DNA of 50,646 nt from a virus. The stretch is from positions 1 to 50,646 of IMG/VR virus record IMGVR_UViG_3300045450_000119; one strand, 5' to 3'. Below are positions 1 through 7,767 of this stretch, piece after piece; the stretch's first letter is position 1, and the number at the start of each line of letters is the position of its first letter. Both the position numbers and the translations under genes were made by a program. The notes below the pieces were generated by a model. It searched no databases. It was not told the origin of the DNA and saw only the letters and a list, made by a program, of their open reading frames with translations.

Positions 1-127
1 GTTGATCGACAGCCCGACGCCTGGCGTGCGGACCATCCGCCGCCGCTGCTGCTGATCCACCCCCGGCCGGGGGCACCGACGCCCCCGGCCGCTCGACTCC
101 ACCAACCCATCTGATCCATAGGAGGAT
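1..127. repeat. Terminal overlap: 1-127 is an exact copy of 50520-50646 (circular closure or short terminal redundancy)
   Basis: Base-for-base comparison of both ends. Bases 1-55 repeat the 3' end of CDS 50293-50574, and 64-91 repeat the hairpin 50583-50610. Confidence 0.95.
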
Positions 128-132
128 CCATC

Positions 133-240
133 ATGTCTCGTCAGCCGAAGCACGACACCGCGAAGCGCACCAGCGCCGGGCGCCGCCAGACCCTCGAGCG
201 CCGCGCCATCCGCGCCGCGAAGTACGGGGCGAACCGATGA
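133..240 (+). CDS. Hypothetical 35-aa Arg/Lys-rich peptide
   Basis: ATG 133 follows GGAGGA (121-126). Translation is MSRQPKHDTAKRTSAGRRQTLERRAIRAAKYGANR with high GC3. Its stop overlaps the next start (ATGA 237-240). It is shorter than the ORF-track cut-off. Confidence 0.5.
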   Translation: MSRQPKHDTAKRTSAGRRQTLERRAIRAAKYGANR

Positions 241-566
241 GCGCCGCGGTCCTGCTCGACTCGGGCCGCCCGCTGACGGCGGAGCTCTACGAGATGGCGA
301 CGCCCGCCGAGTGGCAGTCCCTCGGGCGCCGGGTCCCCGGCACGCTCTGGCAGCGGATCGGCAGCGCCAGTGGACCGGTGCGCGGCACGCGGCGCTACGC
401 CGTCGGCACCGTGGTCGACCACTACGAAGGCCGCCGCCTCCGGGCGATCGAAGTCGAGACGAGGGACGAAGTCGCCGTGTCCCGGGTCCGCCGCCCGCAC
501 GAGGTCGAGGCCAACGCGTACCCGTCCTGCCTCGTCTACGCGAAGCCGGCGGAGGGGTCCGCCTAG
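237..566 (+). CDS. Hypothetical protein (109 aa)
   Basis: ORF track, ATGA coupling to the upstream peptide, and a non-repetitive sequence with high GC3. Confidence 0.75.
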   Translation: MSAAVLLDSGRPLTAELYEMATPAEWQSLGRRVPGTLWQRIGSASGPVRGTRRYAVGTVVDHYEGRRLRAIEVETRDEVAVSRVRRPHEVEANAYPSCLVYAKPAEGSA

Positions 567-684
567 GCCGGCCGGCGGGGCCTGAGTCTGAGAATCTGCT
601 CAGGCTCCGCACATGTGAGAATCGTCGTCAATAAGTCACAGTTTCCCACTAATCCGAGGCTCTCAGAAAACCTCATACGGAAGT

Positions 685-699
685 GTGTGGATAACTAGG
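685..699 (+). repeat. TGTGGATAACTAGGC copy 1 (TGTGGATAA is the complement of DnaA box TTATCCACA)
   Basis: Exact 15-nt match to 932-946. Confidence 0.85.
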
Positions 700-931
700 C
701 CGGTTGCGCACCATCTCCCGGCCCGCCATGAAACCCGCCGCACCGAGGATCCCTCATTAGTAGCACCGCATCCTCGCCTCCTTCCCATACTGGGAAACCG
801 GGATGCGTGGCGCCACTAGAAAACGCCCGATCAGCTATCTGATCCCCTCGGTTTCTCAGTATCTCACTACTACTACCCCCTGATAGAACGTTTGAAGCTG
901 GATCTATACCAGTATGGTATTTAGAGCATCT

Positions 932-946
932 TGTGGATAACTAGGC
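932..946 (+). repeat. TGTGGATAACTAGGC copy 2
   Basis: Exact 15-nt match to 685-699, in the same orientation, 247 bp downstream. Confidence 0.85.
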
Positions 947-1040
947 AAGATATACCTAGCGCCGTAGAAGGACCTCAGCTAGACTCCCATTACTGGGATA
1001 GTGAGAAACTGCGATACGGCCTCCCAGATTCAGACTCGCA

Positions 1041-1068
1041 CCATCACCCATCACCCATCACCCATCAC
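1041..1068 (+). repeat. Tandem heptamer (CCATCAC)x4 immediately upstream of the clamp-like gene
   Basis: Four perfect consecutive units read directly, with partial units on both sides. Confidence 0.85.
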
Positions 1069-1089
1069 CATCCAGAAAGCAGGCACCCC

Positions 1090-1833
1090 ATGCCCTCCAT
1101 CACCTTCGACGCTCACGAACTCGCCGCCATCGCCTCGCTTCACCAGGCCACCCCGCAGGTCAAGAGCGAGCGCCAGATCACCCCCGTCCTCGGCTTCATC
1201 CAGCTGACGGTCACGCCGACCGCGGGAGTGGACTCGACTGCGGACGGCGACCCGATCCCCGGCGGCTGGGATGTCGTCGCGGTGGCGACCGACCGTTACA
1301 TGGTCGGTCGCATCCGGTGGACGATCCCCATGCCGACGGATGGCACCGAGCCCCGCGTGCTCGGTGCCGACGACGGACCGGTCACGGTCACCCTCGACAG
1401 CCTGCACCTGAAGGACGCGGCCGCGACCGCGAAGAAGACGCGGGAGCAGTTCCACGCGCTCTCGTGGGAGCAGCACGAGTCGGGCACCGGCGACAGCAAG
1501 CCCGCCACCTTGCGCACGGGTGGATCGACCCTCGTGATCGCCACCGGTGGGCACTTCAACTACCCGCCCGTGTCGCGGCTGATCCCCGACTACTCGGACC
1601 TGGTGGACACCCCCGAAGTGGCGATCAACCTGCACCGCGTCGCCCGCATCGCGAAGATCAGCGCGCCGGTCTACGTGCACGGCGCCTCGGAGCTGGCGTG
1701 GAAGCTGCAGAGCACGGGGGAGCCGTGGACCTCGACGTCGGGCAAGCCGAAGCCTAAGCCGGTCATCTTCCGCATGTCGGAGCGGGGGGTCGACGTCTGC
1801 GCGATCCTGCAGCCGAACCTGATCCTCAGCTAG
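1090..1833 (+). CDS. DNA polymerase III beta sliding-clamp homologue, short form (247 aa)
   Basis: ATG 1090 follows AGAAAGCAGG. ERQITPVLGFIQLTV resembles GRPTLPILGNLLLQV, AVATDRYMVGRI resembles VATDGHRLA, GGHFNYPPVSRLIP resembles DGRFPDYRRVLP, and C-terminal AILQPNLILS resembles VVMPMRL of bacterial DnaN. The track ORF start at 931 lies in low-GC non-coding sequence. Confidence 0.75.
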   Translation: MPSITFDAHELAAIASLHQATPQVKSERQITPVLGFIQLTVTPTAGVDSTADGDPIPGGWDVVAVATDRYMVGRIRWTIPMPTDGTEPRVLGADDGPVTVTLDSLHLKDAAATAKKTREQFHALSWEQHESGTGDSKPATLRTGGSTLVIATGGHFNYPPVSRLIPDYSDLVDTPEVAINLHRVARIAKISAPVYVHGASELAWKLQSTGEPWTSTSGKPKPKPVIFRMSERGVDVCAILQPNLILS

Positions 1834-1920
1834 TCGCTCTCTCTCGTCCCCGGACTCGCGCCGGGGGCGGGGGTGTCCGCCTAGATCCGCGCGACTCCAC
1901 CACCACAGAAAGCAGGCATC

Positions 1921-2232
1921 ATGCCCAACGAAAACCCCGACTTCATCCTGCCGACCGAGCACCCCGGCATCTTCATCCTGGCGGGCGCTCTGCGAGCGTT
2001 CGCGGACCGCTTCACCGGCGAGGTGGCGGGCGACACCGCGCAGAGCTTCACGTGCTCGGAGGTCGAGGCCGTCGCGGGAGTGCTGCGCGCGGTCGGCTGC
2101 ACCGGCGACGCCGACGCGTGGATCGAAGAACACGCCCTCGGCGACGAGGAGGGCGACCAGCACTGGGACGGGGAGCGACAGCCGCCCGTGCCCGAGTGGA
2201 CCGACCACGCGGCCGAAGGTGGCAACGCATGA
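1921..2232 (+). CDS. Hypothetical protein (103 aa)
   Basis: ATG 1921 follows the same CAGAAAGCAGGCA leader as the clamp-like gene. High GC3. Confidence 0.75.
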   Translation: MPNENPDFILPTEHPGIFILAGALRAFADRFTGEVAGDTAQSFTCSEVEAVAGVLRAVGCTGDADAWIEEHALGDEEGDQHWDGERQPPVPEWTDHAAEGGNA

Positions 2233-2852
2233 GCGCGCACCCTTCGCCCCACCACCCGACGAAGTACGGCGCCCCGGTGCGCGCATGGGATCTCGTCTCG
2301 TTCCTCGACAGGGACCGGCCGGGAACCCTGCTCGCAGATGGACAGCGCGACCCGTCGAGGTCGGTGCGGATCGAAGCGCCGACCGACGCCGACCTGACGC
2401 TGGCAACCTCCGATTGCACGCCGAGCAGGTACGTCGTGACCTGCCGCCTGCCGGGGCGCTCGCGCTCGCGTCGCCAGCGCGTCTACGTCGAGCGGGAGTC
2501 GGGCGCCGCGGTGATCCAGGCCCGATACGTTCGGCTGGAACTGGATTCGCAGGTGTGCGGCCTCGCCAACCTGCTCGCCCCGTTCTCGGAGCAGCCCGAA
2601 GTGCGCGTACTGTCGGCGGCCCGCGCTGAGGAGGTGGGTGCCCCGCTCGAGGTGTCCGCACTCGTCGCCGGCGTGCGCTACGTGACGCCGGCCAGCACCC
2701 TGTACGCCTGGCTGGTGAACGCGCCCGCCGTGTTCGCTCTCACGTCGCCGCCTGCGCATCACGTGCTCGCCCCGCCGCCGATCGGCTCGCCCGCCTACGT
2801 CGAGCGCGGCACACCCTGGGATGTCACCCCCGACTTGCATAGCAATGAATAG
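2229..2852 (+). CDS. Hypothetical protein (207 aa)
   Basis: ATGA overlap with the upstream stop. It is the in-frame part of track ORF 2052-2852, and the sequence upstream of 2229 is Arg-rich junk. Confidence 0.65.
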   Translation: MSAHPSPHHPTKYGAPVRAWDLVSFLDRDRPGTLLADGQRDPSRSVRIEAPTDADLTLATSDCTPSRYVVTCRLPGRSRSRRQRVYVERESGAAVIQARYVRLELDSQVCGLANLLAPFSEQPEVRVLSAARAEEVGAPLEVSALVAGVRYVTPASTLYAWLVNAPAVFALTSPPAHHVLAPPPIGSPAYVERGTPWDVTPDLHSNE

Positions 2853-2916
2853 CCTGTCATACTTGACGGAGTCAGCCACCACCACCCACCCCCGCACGAC
2901 AGGAGCACACCACCCC

Positions 2917-3477
2917 ATGAGCACGAACATCCTCGACACCGCCGCCGCCACCTTCGCCGCCACCATCGCCGCCGAGTGGCCCTACCAGATCGCCGCCCGC
3001 GCCGGTGGCAACCTCCGCCCGCAGTACGTCCACGAGGAGGGGCGCACCAGCGAGACGAACGTTTACGGGTCGGAGAAGGCGCACGTCACCCCCGACGGCG
3101 TGACCCTGCGGCTCTCGCACGGCGGCGCGTTCGTCGTCGGCGTCCGGGGCGACTTCATGGAGTGGATCGCCCGCGCCGACGAGGACGAGCTCGACAACCT
3201 CATGCACAACAACCCGGCGCACGAGTCCTCGGACTTCGACTACTCCATCAGCCTGGGGGCGGATGAGCGCGTCGAGAGCATGAAGCCCTACGAGACGATG
3301 CAGGCCGTCCTGGACCTCGAGATCTGGGAGAACGACAGCGACGGCAGCAACGGCACGATGGCAGCCGCGGCCGAATGGATCGCCCGCGACTTCTACCGCG
3401 CGGTCTGGAAGAGCTACGAGACGTCGCTGCGCGAGGCGCTCGTCGAGGCGACCGAGGACGCCGAGGGCGACGCGTGA
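2917..3477 (+). CDS. Strongly acidic hypothetical protein (186 aa)
   Basis: ATG 2917 follows AGGAGCACACCACCCC. My count is about 35 Asp/Glu versus about 13 Lys/Arg. Confidence 0.75.
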   Translation: MSTNILDTAAATFAATIAAEWPYQIAARAGGNLRPQYVHEEGRTSETNVYGSEKAHVTPDGVTLRLSHGGAFVVGVRGDFMEWIARADEDELDNLMHNNPAHESSDFDYSISLGADERVESMKPYETMQAVLDLEIWENDSDGSNGTMAAAAEWIARDFYRAVWKSYETSLREALVEATEDAEGDA

Positions 3478-3986
3478 GCGCCGAGATCCTGGCCGACCTC
3501 GCCCGGGAGTCCGCGCACTTCGCGGCCTCCCCGGCGGGGGAGCCCGCCCGGCCGGAGCCGGAGCAGCAGACGGGGCGCCTGAGCGTCAAGCAGTGGCGCG
3601 ACCTGCGCACCGCCGCTGACAAGGTGGCCGAGCTGCTGGCCGAGTCGCCCGAGGCCGCGCTGCTCGTCTACGACGCCCTGGCGACGCGGATCCGCCGCGC
3701 GACGTTCCCGCAGCCCGACCCGGTGCTGATCTCGGAGGACGAAGGCGCCTACGAGCGCATCGAGTGGCCGTGCCCGCACTGCGGAAACGATCTCGCCGAG
3801 GTCGACGGCATGCGCGCTGTCGACGTGGCGACGCGCTGGACGAAGAACGGCGGCATCGCGGTCTACCCGCACTCGACGCAGGTGCACTTCGACTACAGCG
3901 ACAGCGACGCGGACTTCAACGGCCTGCACTACGCCTGCGAGGCGTGCGACCGCCCCGTCTCCCTCCCGGCGGGGGCGAGCGAGTGA
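3474..3986 (+). CDS. Zinc-ribbon protein (CPHC...CEAC), hypothetical
   Basis: GTGA overlap with the upstream stop. Two CxxC pairs are present and GC3 is high. Confidence 0.7.
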   Translation: MSAEILADLARESAHFAASPAGEPARPEPEQQTGRLSVKQWRDLRTAADKVAELLAESPEAALLVYDALATRIRRATFPQPDPVLISEDEGAYERIEWPCPHCGNDLAEVDGMRAVDVATRWTKNGGIAVYPHSTQVHFDYSDSDADFNGLHYACEACDRPVSLPAGASE

Positions 3987-4738
3987 CTGGACCGGCCGCC
4001 GACTTCTTCACGGAGCCGTGCCCGAAGCTCGCCAGCCGCATCGCGCCGCACCGCCCGCACCAGGTGCTGGAGCGCGCCCTCATCTACATCTGCATCTGGT
4101 GCTACAAGACCACCCCGACCAAGAAGGAGGCCACCGTGCCCGAATCCGCCACCCGCACCGCCCGCATGCAGTTCGTCCGCAACGACTTCGACCCCGCCGA
4201 GGAAGGCAAGGTCATCGCCACGGCCGAGGTGGACCTCGAGCTCGGCAATGTCTATGTGGACGCCGAAACGCTCTCGGCGCTCATCGACGCCTGGACCGAG
4301 GTCGCGTCGTCGCCGCGCACGGAGTCGCACGGCGACCGGCTCTGGATCCTCGCCCACATGGACGGCGACGGCCCGGCGGCGCACGTGGTGGAGTCCGGCG
4401 ACAGCGACGGCCGCGCGCACTACTGGTCCGTGCCGGTCGACGGCTGGTGGCCGCTCGGGTGGAGCATCGAGCCCGAGGAGGCGACCACCTGGGAAGTGCA
4501 GGTGAACGACGACGACGACACCGCCGATCTGCTCGACCCGGTGCTAGCCGACAACGGGGACCACTCGACCCTGCGCGTCTGGGCGAAGACCGACGAGCGC
4601 GGCGTGCCCGTGCTCTACATCGACGCAACGCCGTTCCTCGGCTCCGGCTTCCACGTGGAGACGAACACGGGCCGCAAGCTCATGCTGGCGCCGAACGACG
4701 CCCGTACCTGGTTCATCCCGGCGCAGGCGGCCCGCTGA
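3983..4738 (+). CDS. Hypothetical protein (251 aa)
   Basis: GTGA overlap at 3983-3986, and GC3 is already very high from 3983. An alternative start is GTG 4136, which follows AAGGAGG. Confidence 0.65.
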   Translation: MTGPAADFFTEPCPKLASRIAPHRPHQVLERALIYICIWCYKTTPTKKEATVPESATRTARMQFVRNDFDPAEEGKVIATAEVDLELGNVYVDAETLSALIDAWTEVASSPRTESHGDRLWILAHMDGDGPAAHVVESGDSDGRAHYWSVPVDGWWPLGWSIEPEEATTWEVQVNDDDDTADLLDPVLADNGDHSTLRVWAKTDERGVPVLYIDATPFLGSGFHVETNTGRKLMLAPNDARTWFIPAQAAR

Positions 4739-5400
4739 TGGTCGACCTCAACGACCGCTCCGAGTGGGCGACGTTCACCAGCGGGCTGGACGACCTGCCG
4801 TGGATCACGTACCCGGTGGACTGGCGCAACGGCCTGCACCCGGCCGGCCCGCCCATCCTGGACGTCGAGACGATCAGCCGCCTGCATTCCCGCCTCGAGG
4901 CCGGCGCGCTGCGCATCGACGGCAACTGGAACGCCGCGGCGCTCGCGGTGCCGATGGATGTCTTCGCGGACATCTTCGCGGCGGCGATCGACGCCGAGCT
5001 GGCCGAAGAGACGTTCCAACTGCCGATCGACGTGCGGATCGGCGCCCTCGTGCGCACGCTGACGGCGTGCATGGAGATCGACGCGGACCGCGCGAACCTC
5101 GACGAGGTGGCGGCCGCGGAGCGCGCCGCCTCGCACGGCGTCGAGCTCGACGACCTGGTGAAGTCGACGACGGACAACGACCTCGAGGAGGCGGTGCTGT
5201 CGGTGAAGCCCGCCCGCCTGGCCGAGCTGATCGACGTGACCACCGGCATGCTGGCCGACTGGCGCTCTCGCAAGGTCGGCCCGCACTGGGTGCAGCTGTC
5301 GAACCGGCGCGACAGCATCCGCTACTCGCTGGTCGACGTGCTCGACTGGATCGTGGAGCGCGAGCAGGCCACCGACACCACCGAACCGCGCCGACACTGA
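4738..5400 (+). CDS. Protein with C-terminal MerR/excisionase-type HTH
   Basis: TGATG overlap. The C-terminus VKPARLAELIDVTTGMLADWRSRKVGPHWVQLSNRRDSIRYSLVDVLDWIVERE looks like a winged-helix excisionase-family motif. Confidence 0.7.
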   Translation: MVDLNDRSEWATFTSGLDDLPWITYPVDWRNGLHPAGPPILDVETISRLHSRLEAGALRIDGNWNAAALAVPMDVFADIFAAAIDAELAEETFQLPIDVRIGALVRTLTACMEIDADRANLDEVAAAERAASHGVELDDLVKSTTDNDLEEAVLSVKPARLAELIDVTTGMLADWRSRKVGPHWVQLSNRRDSIRYSLVDVLDWIVEREQATDTTEPRRH

Positions 5401-5425
5401 CAAGCGTGCTATGCTTGTCTAGACA
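5399..5425. promoter_or_regulatory. Hairpin GACAAGC-N7-GCTTGTC overlapping palindrome TGTCTAGACA; operator or terminator candidate
   Basis: Read directly. It lies between the stop at 5400 and the HTH gene at 5439. The GTCTAGAC core recurs at 6801-6808. Confidence 0.4.
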
Positions 5426-5438
5426 GAAGGGAGCCGAC

Positions 5439-5681
5439 ATGGCGAACACCAGAGGCGGCCGGGCGAAGTACCCGGACGGCATCATCTCCGAGAACCAGGC
5501 GGCCGAGAAGCTCGGCGTCAGCCGCGTGACCCTCGGCGACCGGCGCAAGCGCGGGCTCGTGAACCCCGACGTGCTGGTCGACCTCACCGGCCAGGTCTAC
5601 CTGGGTCGGTCCGGGATCACCGGCTACCGGGTCGAGGCCCTCGAGGACCCGAGCATCCCGCTCTACGTCCCGCAGACGTGA
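5439..5681 (+). CDS. Small HTH DNA-binding protein (80 aa)
   Basis: ATG follows GAAGGGAG. ISENQAAEKLGVSRVTLGDRRKRG is helix-turn-helix-like. Confidence 0.75.
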   Translation: MANTRGGRAKYPDGIISENQAAEKLGVSRVTLGDRRKRGLVNPDVLVDLTGQVYLGRSGITGYRVEALEDPSIPLYVPQT

Positions 5682-5780
5682 AGAACGGGCGCCCCCTGCC
5701 GCCAGGAAGAGGACGCCCGCCCACGGTCACCACCGCCGACTCTGAGAGTCAGGCGCCACCATACCAGGAAGGATCCGCAG

Positions 5781-5939
5781 ATGGACCTCAACCACCTCGC
5801 CCACATCATCGCGACAAACGTCGCGGTGCAGCCCGAGATCGAGTACGTCAACGTGCACGACGACGGGCACGCGATCGACGTCGCCCCCTACGAGGGTCCG
5901 CGCTTCCGCATCGACGTCCGAGTGGAGGCGGGCGAGTGA
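5781..5939 (+). CDS. Hypothetical 52-aa protein
   Basis: ATG follows AGGAAGGA. Translation is MDLNHLAHIIATNVAVQPEIEYVNVHDDGHAIDVAPYEGPRFRIDVRVEAGE with high GC3. GTGA coupling to the next gene. Below the track cut-off. Confidence 0.6.
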   Translation: MDLNHLAHIIATNVAVQPEIEYVNVHDDGHAIDVAPYEGPRFRIDVRVEAGE

Positions 5940-6259
5940 CCCGCACTCTCGGCCGGAAGCCGCTGCCGCTGCCGCGCTCGTTCAAGGACGGCCTGCGCTC
6001 GCTCGGCCTCGCCCCGTTCGTCAACGTCACCGACAAGGGCGACCCGAAGCTGCCCGGCCAGCCCGCGAAGTGGCGCCACCCGACCCTCGACCTCGTCGTC
6101 GAGGCGACCGCCTCGAGCATGGCCGGCGAAGGCGACATGATCTTCGTGCAGTCGCCGCAGCTGCCCGACCTCCCCAAGCGCGCGAGCGTCGACCTCGTGC
6201 TCGCCCTCCTGGCCGGCGCGAAGCACCGCCAGACGCACCCGAACCAGGTGCGCTCGTGA
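5936..6259 (+). CDS. Hypothetical protein (107 aa)
   Basis: GTG start in a GTGA overlap. It is the in-frame part of track ORF 5678-6259. Confidence 0.65.
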   Translation: MTRTLGRKPLPLPRSFKDGLRSLGLAPFVNVTDKGDPKLPGQPAKWRHPTLDLVVEATASSMAGEGDMIFVQSPQLPDLPKRASVDLVLALLAGAKHRQTHPNQVRS

Positions 6260-6501
6260 CCGTCGAGGCGCTCACTCAAGAGGAAGTCGAACGTGAGCAG
6301 CGGATGCAGGAGTACCACGATGAGCAGTGGATCACCGCTGCCGATCTGCCGCAGCCCATCACGCGCGACCAAAGCGACCAGCTCGCCCTTGCGCAGCTGA
6401 TCGAGGAGTACATCCGGGGCCAGCGCGCCGAGCACCGGCTCTACCCCGAGCACTGGTCGCTCAACCTCGCCCGCCACCTACACTCCGCGGTGCGCTCGTG
6501 A
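6256..6501 (+). CDS. Hypothetical protein (81 aa)
   Basis: GTGA overlap at both ends. Confidence 0.65.
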   Translation: MTVEALTQEEVEREQRMQEYHDEQWITAADLPQPITRDQSDQLALAQLIEEYIRGQRAEHRLYPEHWSLNLARHLHSAVRS

Positions 6502-6806
6502 CCATCGACCTCACCACGATCACACTGCCGCCGACCATCGAGCTCGGCCGGTACCGCACCCCTGTCGAAGTCGAGCTGACCGCGTTCGGCACCGGGCTGC
6601 CTGTCGGCGCCGGCTACCGAGTCGTGCTGACGACGCGGCCGCGTGACCGGATGACGCCGCGCGAGGTGATCAGCTCGACGATCCTCGACCACGAGATGAG
6701 CCAGGAGAACGTCGACGCCGTCATCCAGGCGCTCGCTCAATCGCTCGCCCAGGTCGCCGACCGGCACGCCGCCGACACGCTGCGCCGCCAGGGCTACGCG
6801 GTCTAG
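6498..6806 (+). CDS. Hypothetical protein (102 aa)
   Basis: GTGA overlap with the upstream stop. Non-repetitive sequence. Confidence 0.65.
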   Translation: MTIDLTTITLPPTIELGRYRTPVEVELTAFGTGLPVGAGYRVVLTTRPRDRMTPREVISSTILDHEMSQENVDAVIQALAQSLAQVADRHAADTLRRQGYAV

Positions 6807-6831
6807 ACTTAGACCCGCCAAAAGTATTACC
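6800..6831 (-). promoter_or_regulatory. GGTCTA-N4-TAGACC / GTCTAGAC palindrome plus an inverted copy of the ATACTTTTG motif (minus strand GGTAATACTTTTGGCGGGTC)
   Basis: Read directly. It is a low-GC patch in a 53-nt intergenic gap. Confidence 0.3.
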
Positions 6832-6859
6832 ACCACCCCCGAACGAAGGAGACACCGCT

Positions 6860-7348
6860 ATGTCCGAAACGACCGCCTACACCCAGAACGGCGCCACCCA
6901 GCGCGCCCGCGAGCTCGTCGAGAAGTACGGCCAGCCCCGCGTCTTCGTCCTCGACCCGGCCGCGCTCGAGCCGCTGCTCGAAGAGCTCGCCACCACGCCC
7001 GTGAAGACGTCGATCGACGGCGAGACGATCACCGTCACCACCGCCAGCGACGCGACCGTCTCCGCGCTCGTCGCCCTCGCCAGCGACTACGAGGCGTCCG
7101 AGAAGGCGATGAAGGCGCAGCGCGAGCGCATCACCGCCGCGCTCGCGCAGTCCGCCGACGAGGTGCCGGACGGCATGACCGGAGTGTCCGTCCTCACCGC
7201 GCACGGCGCGCCCGTGTTCCGGGTGCGGAAGACGGAGAAGACGATCCTCGACCAGGCGGCCGTCAAGAAGGTGTTCCCGCAGGACGACCCCGACTCGGCG
7301 GCGCTCTACAAGACGTCGGTCACCACCACCCGCGAGTACGTCCGATGA
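6860..7348 (+). CDS. Hypothetical protein (162 aa)
   Basis: ATG follows GAAGGAGACACC. ORF track. Confidence 0.75.
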   Translation: MSETTAYTQNGATQRARELVEKYGQPRVFVLDPAALEPLLEELATTPVKTSIDGETITVTTASDATVSALVALASDYEASEKAMKAQRERITAALAQSADEVPDGMTGVSVLTAHGAPVFRVRKTEKTILDQAAVKKVFPQDDPDSAALYKTSVTTTREYVR

Positions 7349-7767
7349 CCGGCCGCGACGAGATCCGCGCCGACGTCGCCGCCGTGCAGCGCGTCGCCGA
7401 GCAGGAGGTGGCCCGCGAGGCCGCCGAAGCCGAGCGCCGCCGCGCGGCCCGCGAGATGGACGAGGCGGAGCGCATCCGCGCCGATTTCGAGCCGAAGGCC
7501 TCCGACACCTGGCCCCGCCACGAGAGCTTCGCCGAGGTGTTCAACGCGGCGCTGCCGCCCGCCCCTGAGCACTACGCGCGGGTGGAGCGCGTCGACAGGC
7601 TGCACCAGGGACTCGACACCGAGGTCCAGAAGCGCTTCGGAGGCGACATGGAGCTCGGCGTCCAGATCGACCGCCTGCGCCACCGCGTCGTCGAGGCGTA
7701 CATCGCCTCCGGGTGCTCGCTGGCCGCCAGCGTCGCGATCGGCGCTTACCTGTTCTTCACCCGATGA
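7345..7767 (+). CDS. Hypothetical protein with coiled-coil N-terminus and hydrophobic C-terminus
   Basis: ATGA overlap. C-terminal SLAASVAIGAYLFF looks like a membrane anchor. Confidence 0.7.
   Translation: MTGRDEIRADVAAVQRVAEQEVAREAAEAERRRAAREMDEAERIRADFEPKASDTWPRHESFAEVFNAALPPAPEHYARVERVDRLHQGLDTEVQKRFGGDMELGVQIDRLRHRVVEAYIASGCSLAASVAIGAYLFFTR

Larger units (their letters stand above)
567..1089. promoter_or_regulatory. Low-GC non-coding region with multiple repeats; candidate replication origin or early control region
   Basis: No frame has a coding signature and GC is visibly lower. It contains two 15-nt DnaA-box repeats, two TCCCA-N3/4-TGGGA palindromes (783-795, 985-998), GATCAG-N4-CTGATC (829-844), CTAGG-N10-CCTAG (941-960) and a 4x heptamer array. 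Confidence 0.5.

Noticed and set aside
931-1089. Upstream extension of the clamp-like ORF (track start 931, non-ATG).
   Set aside because: The extension lies in low-GC, repeat-filled non-coding DNA (DnaA box, palindromes, heptamer array). ATG 1090 has an SD-like AGAAAGCAGG that is shared with the next gene.
1848-1866. Short hairpin CCCCGG-N7-CCGGGG after the clamp-like gene, as a terminator.
   Set aside because: It has only a 6-bp stem. Such GC palindromes are frequent by chance in this composition.
4136-4138. GTG 4136 preceded by a perfect AAGGAGG, as the start of the 3983-4738 gene.
   Set aside because: The frame already shows very high GC3 and a GTGA-coupled start at 3983. I kept 3983 and note 4136 as a possible internal or alternative start.
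6441-6836. Minus-strand ORF (131 aa) downstream of the inverted promoter-like motif at 6831.
   Set aside because: The translation is junk-like with low GC3. If the motif fires, the product is more likely a non-coding antisense RNA.
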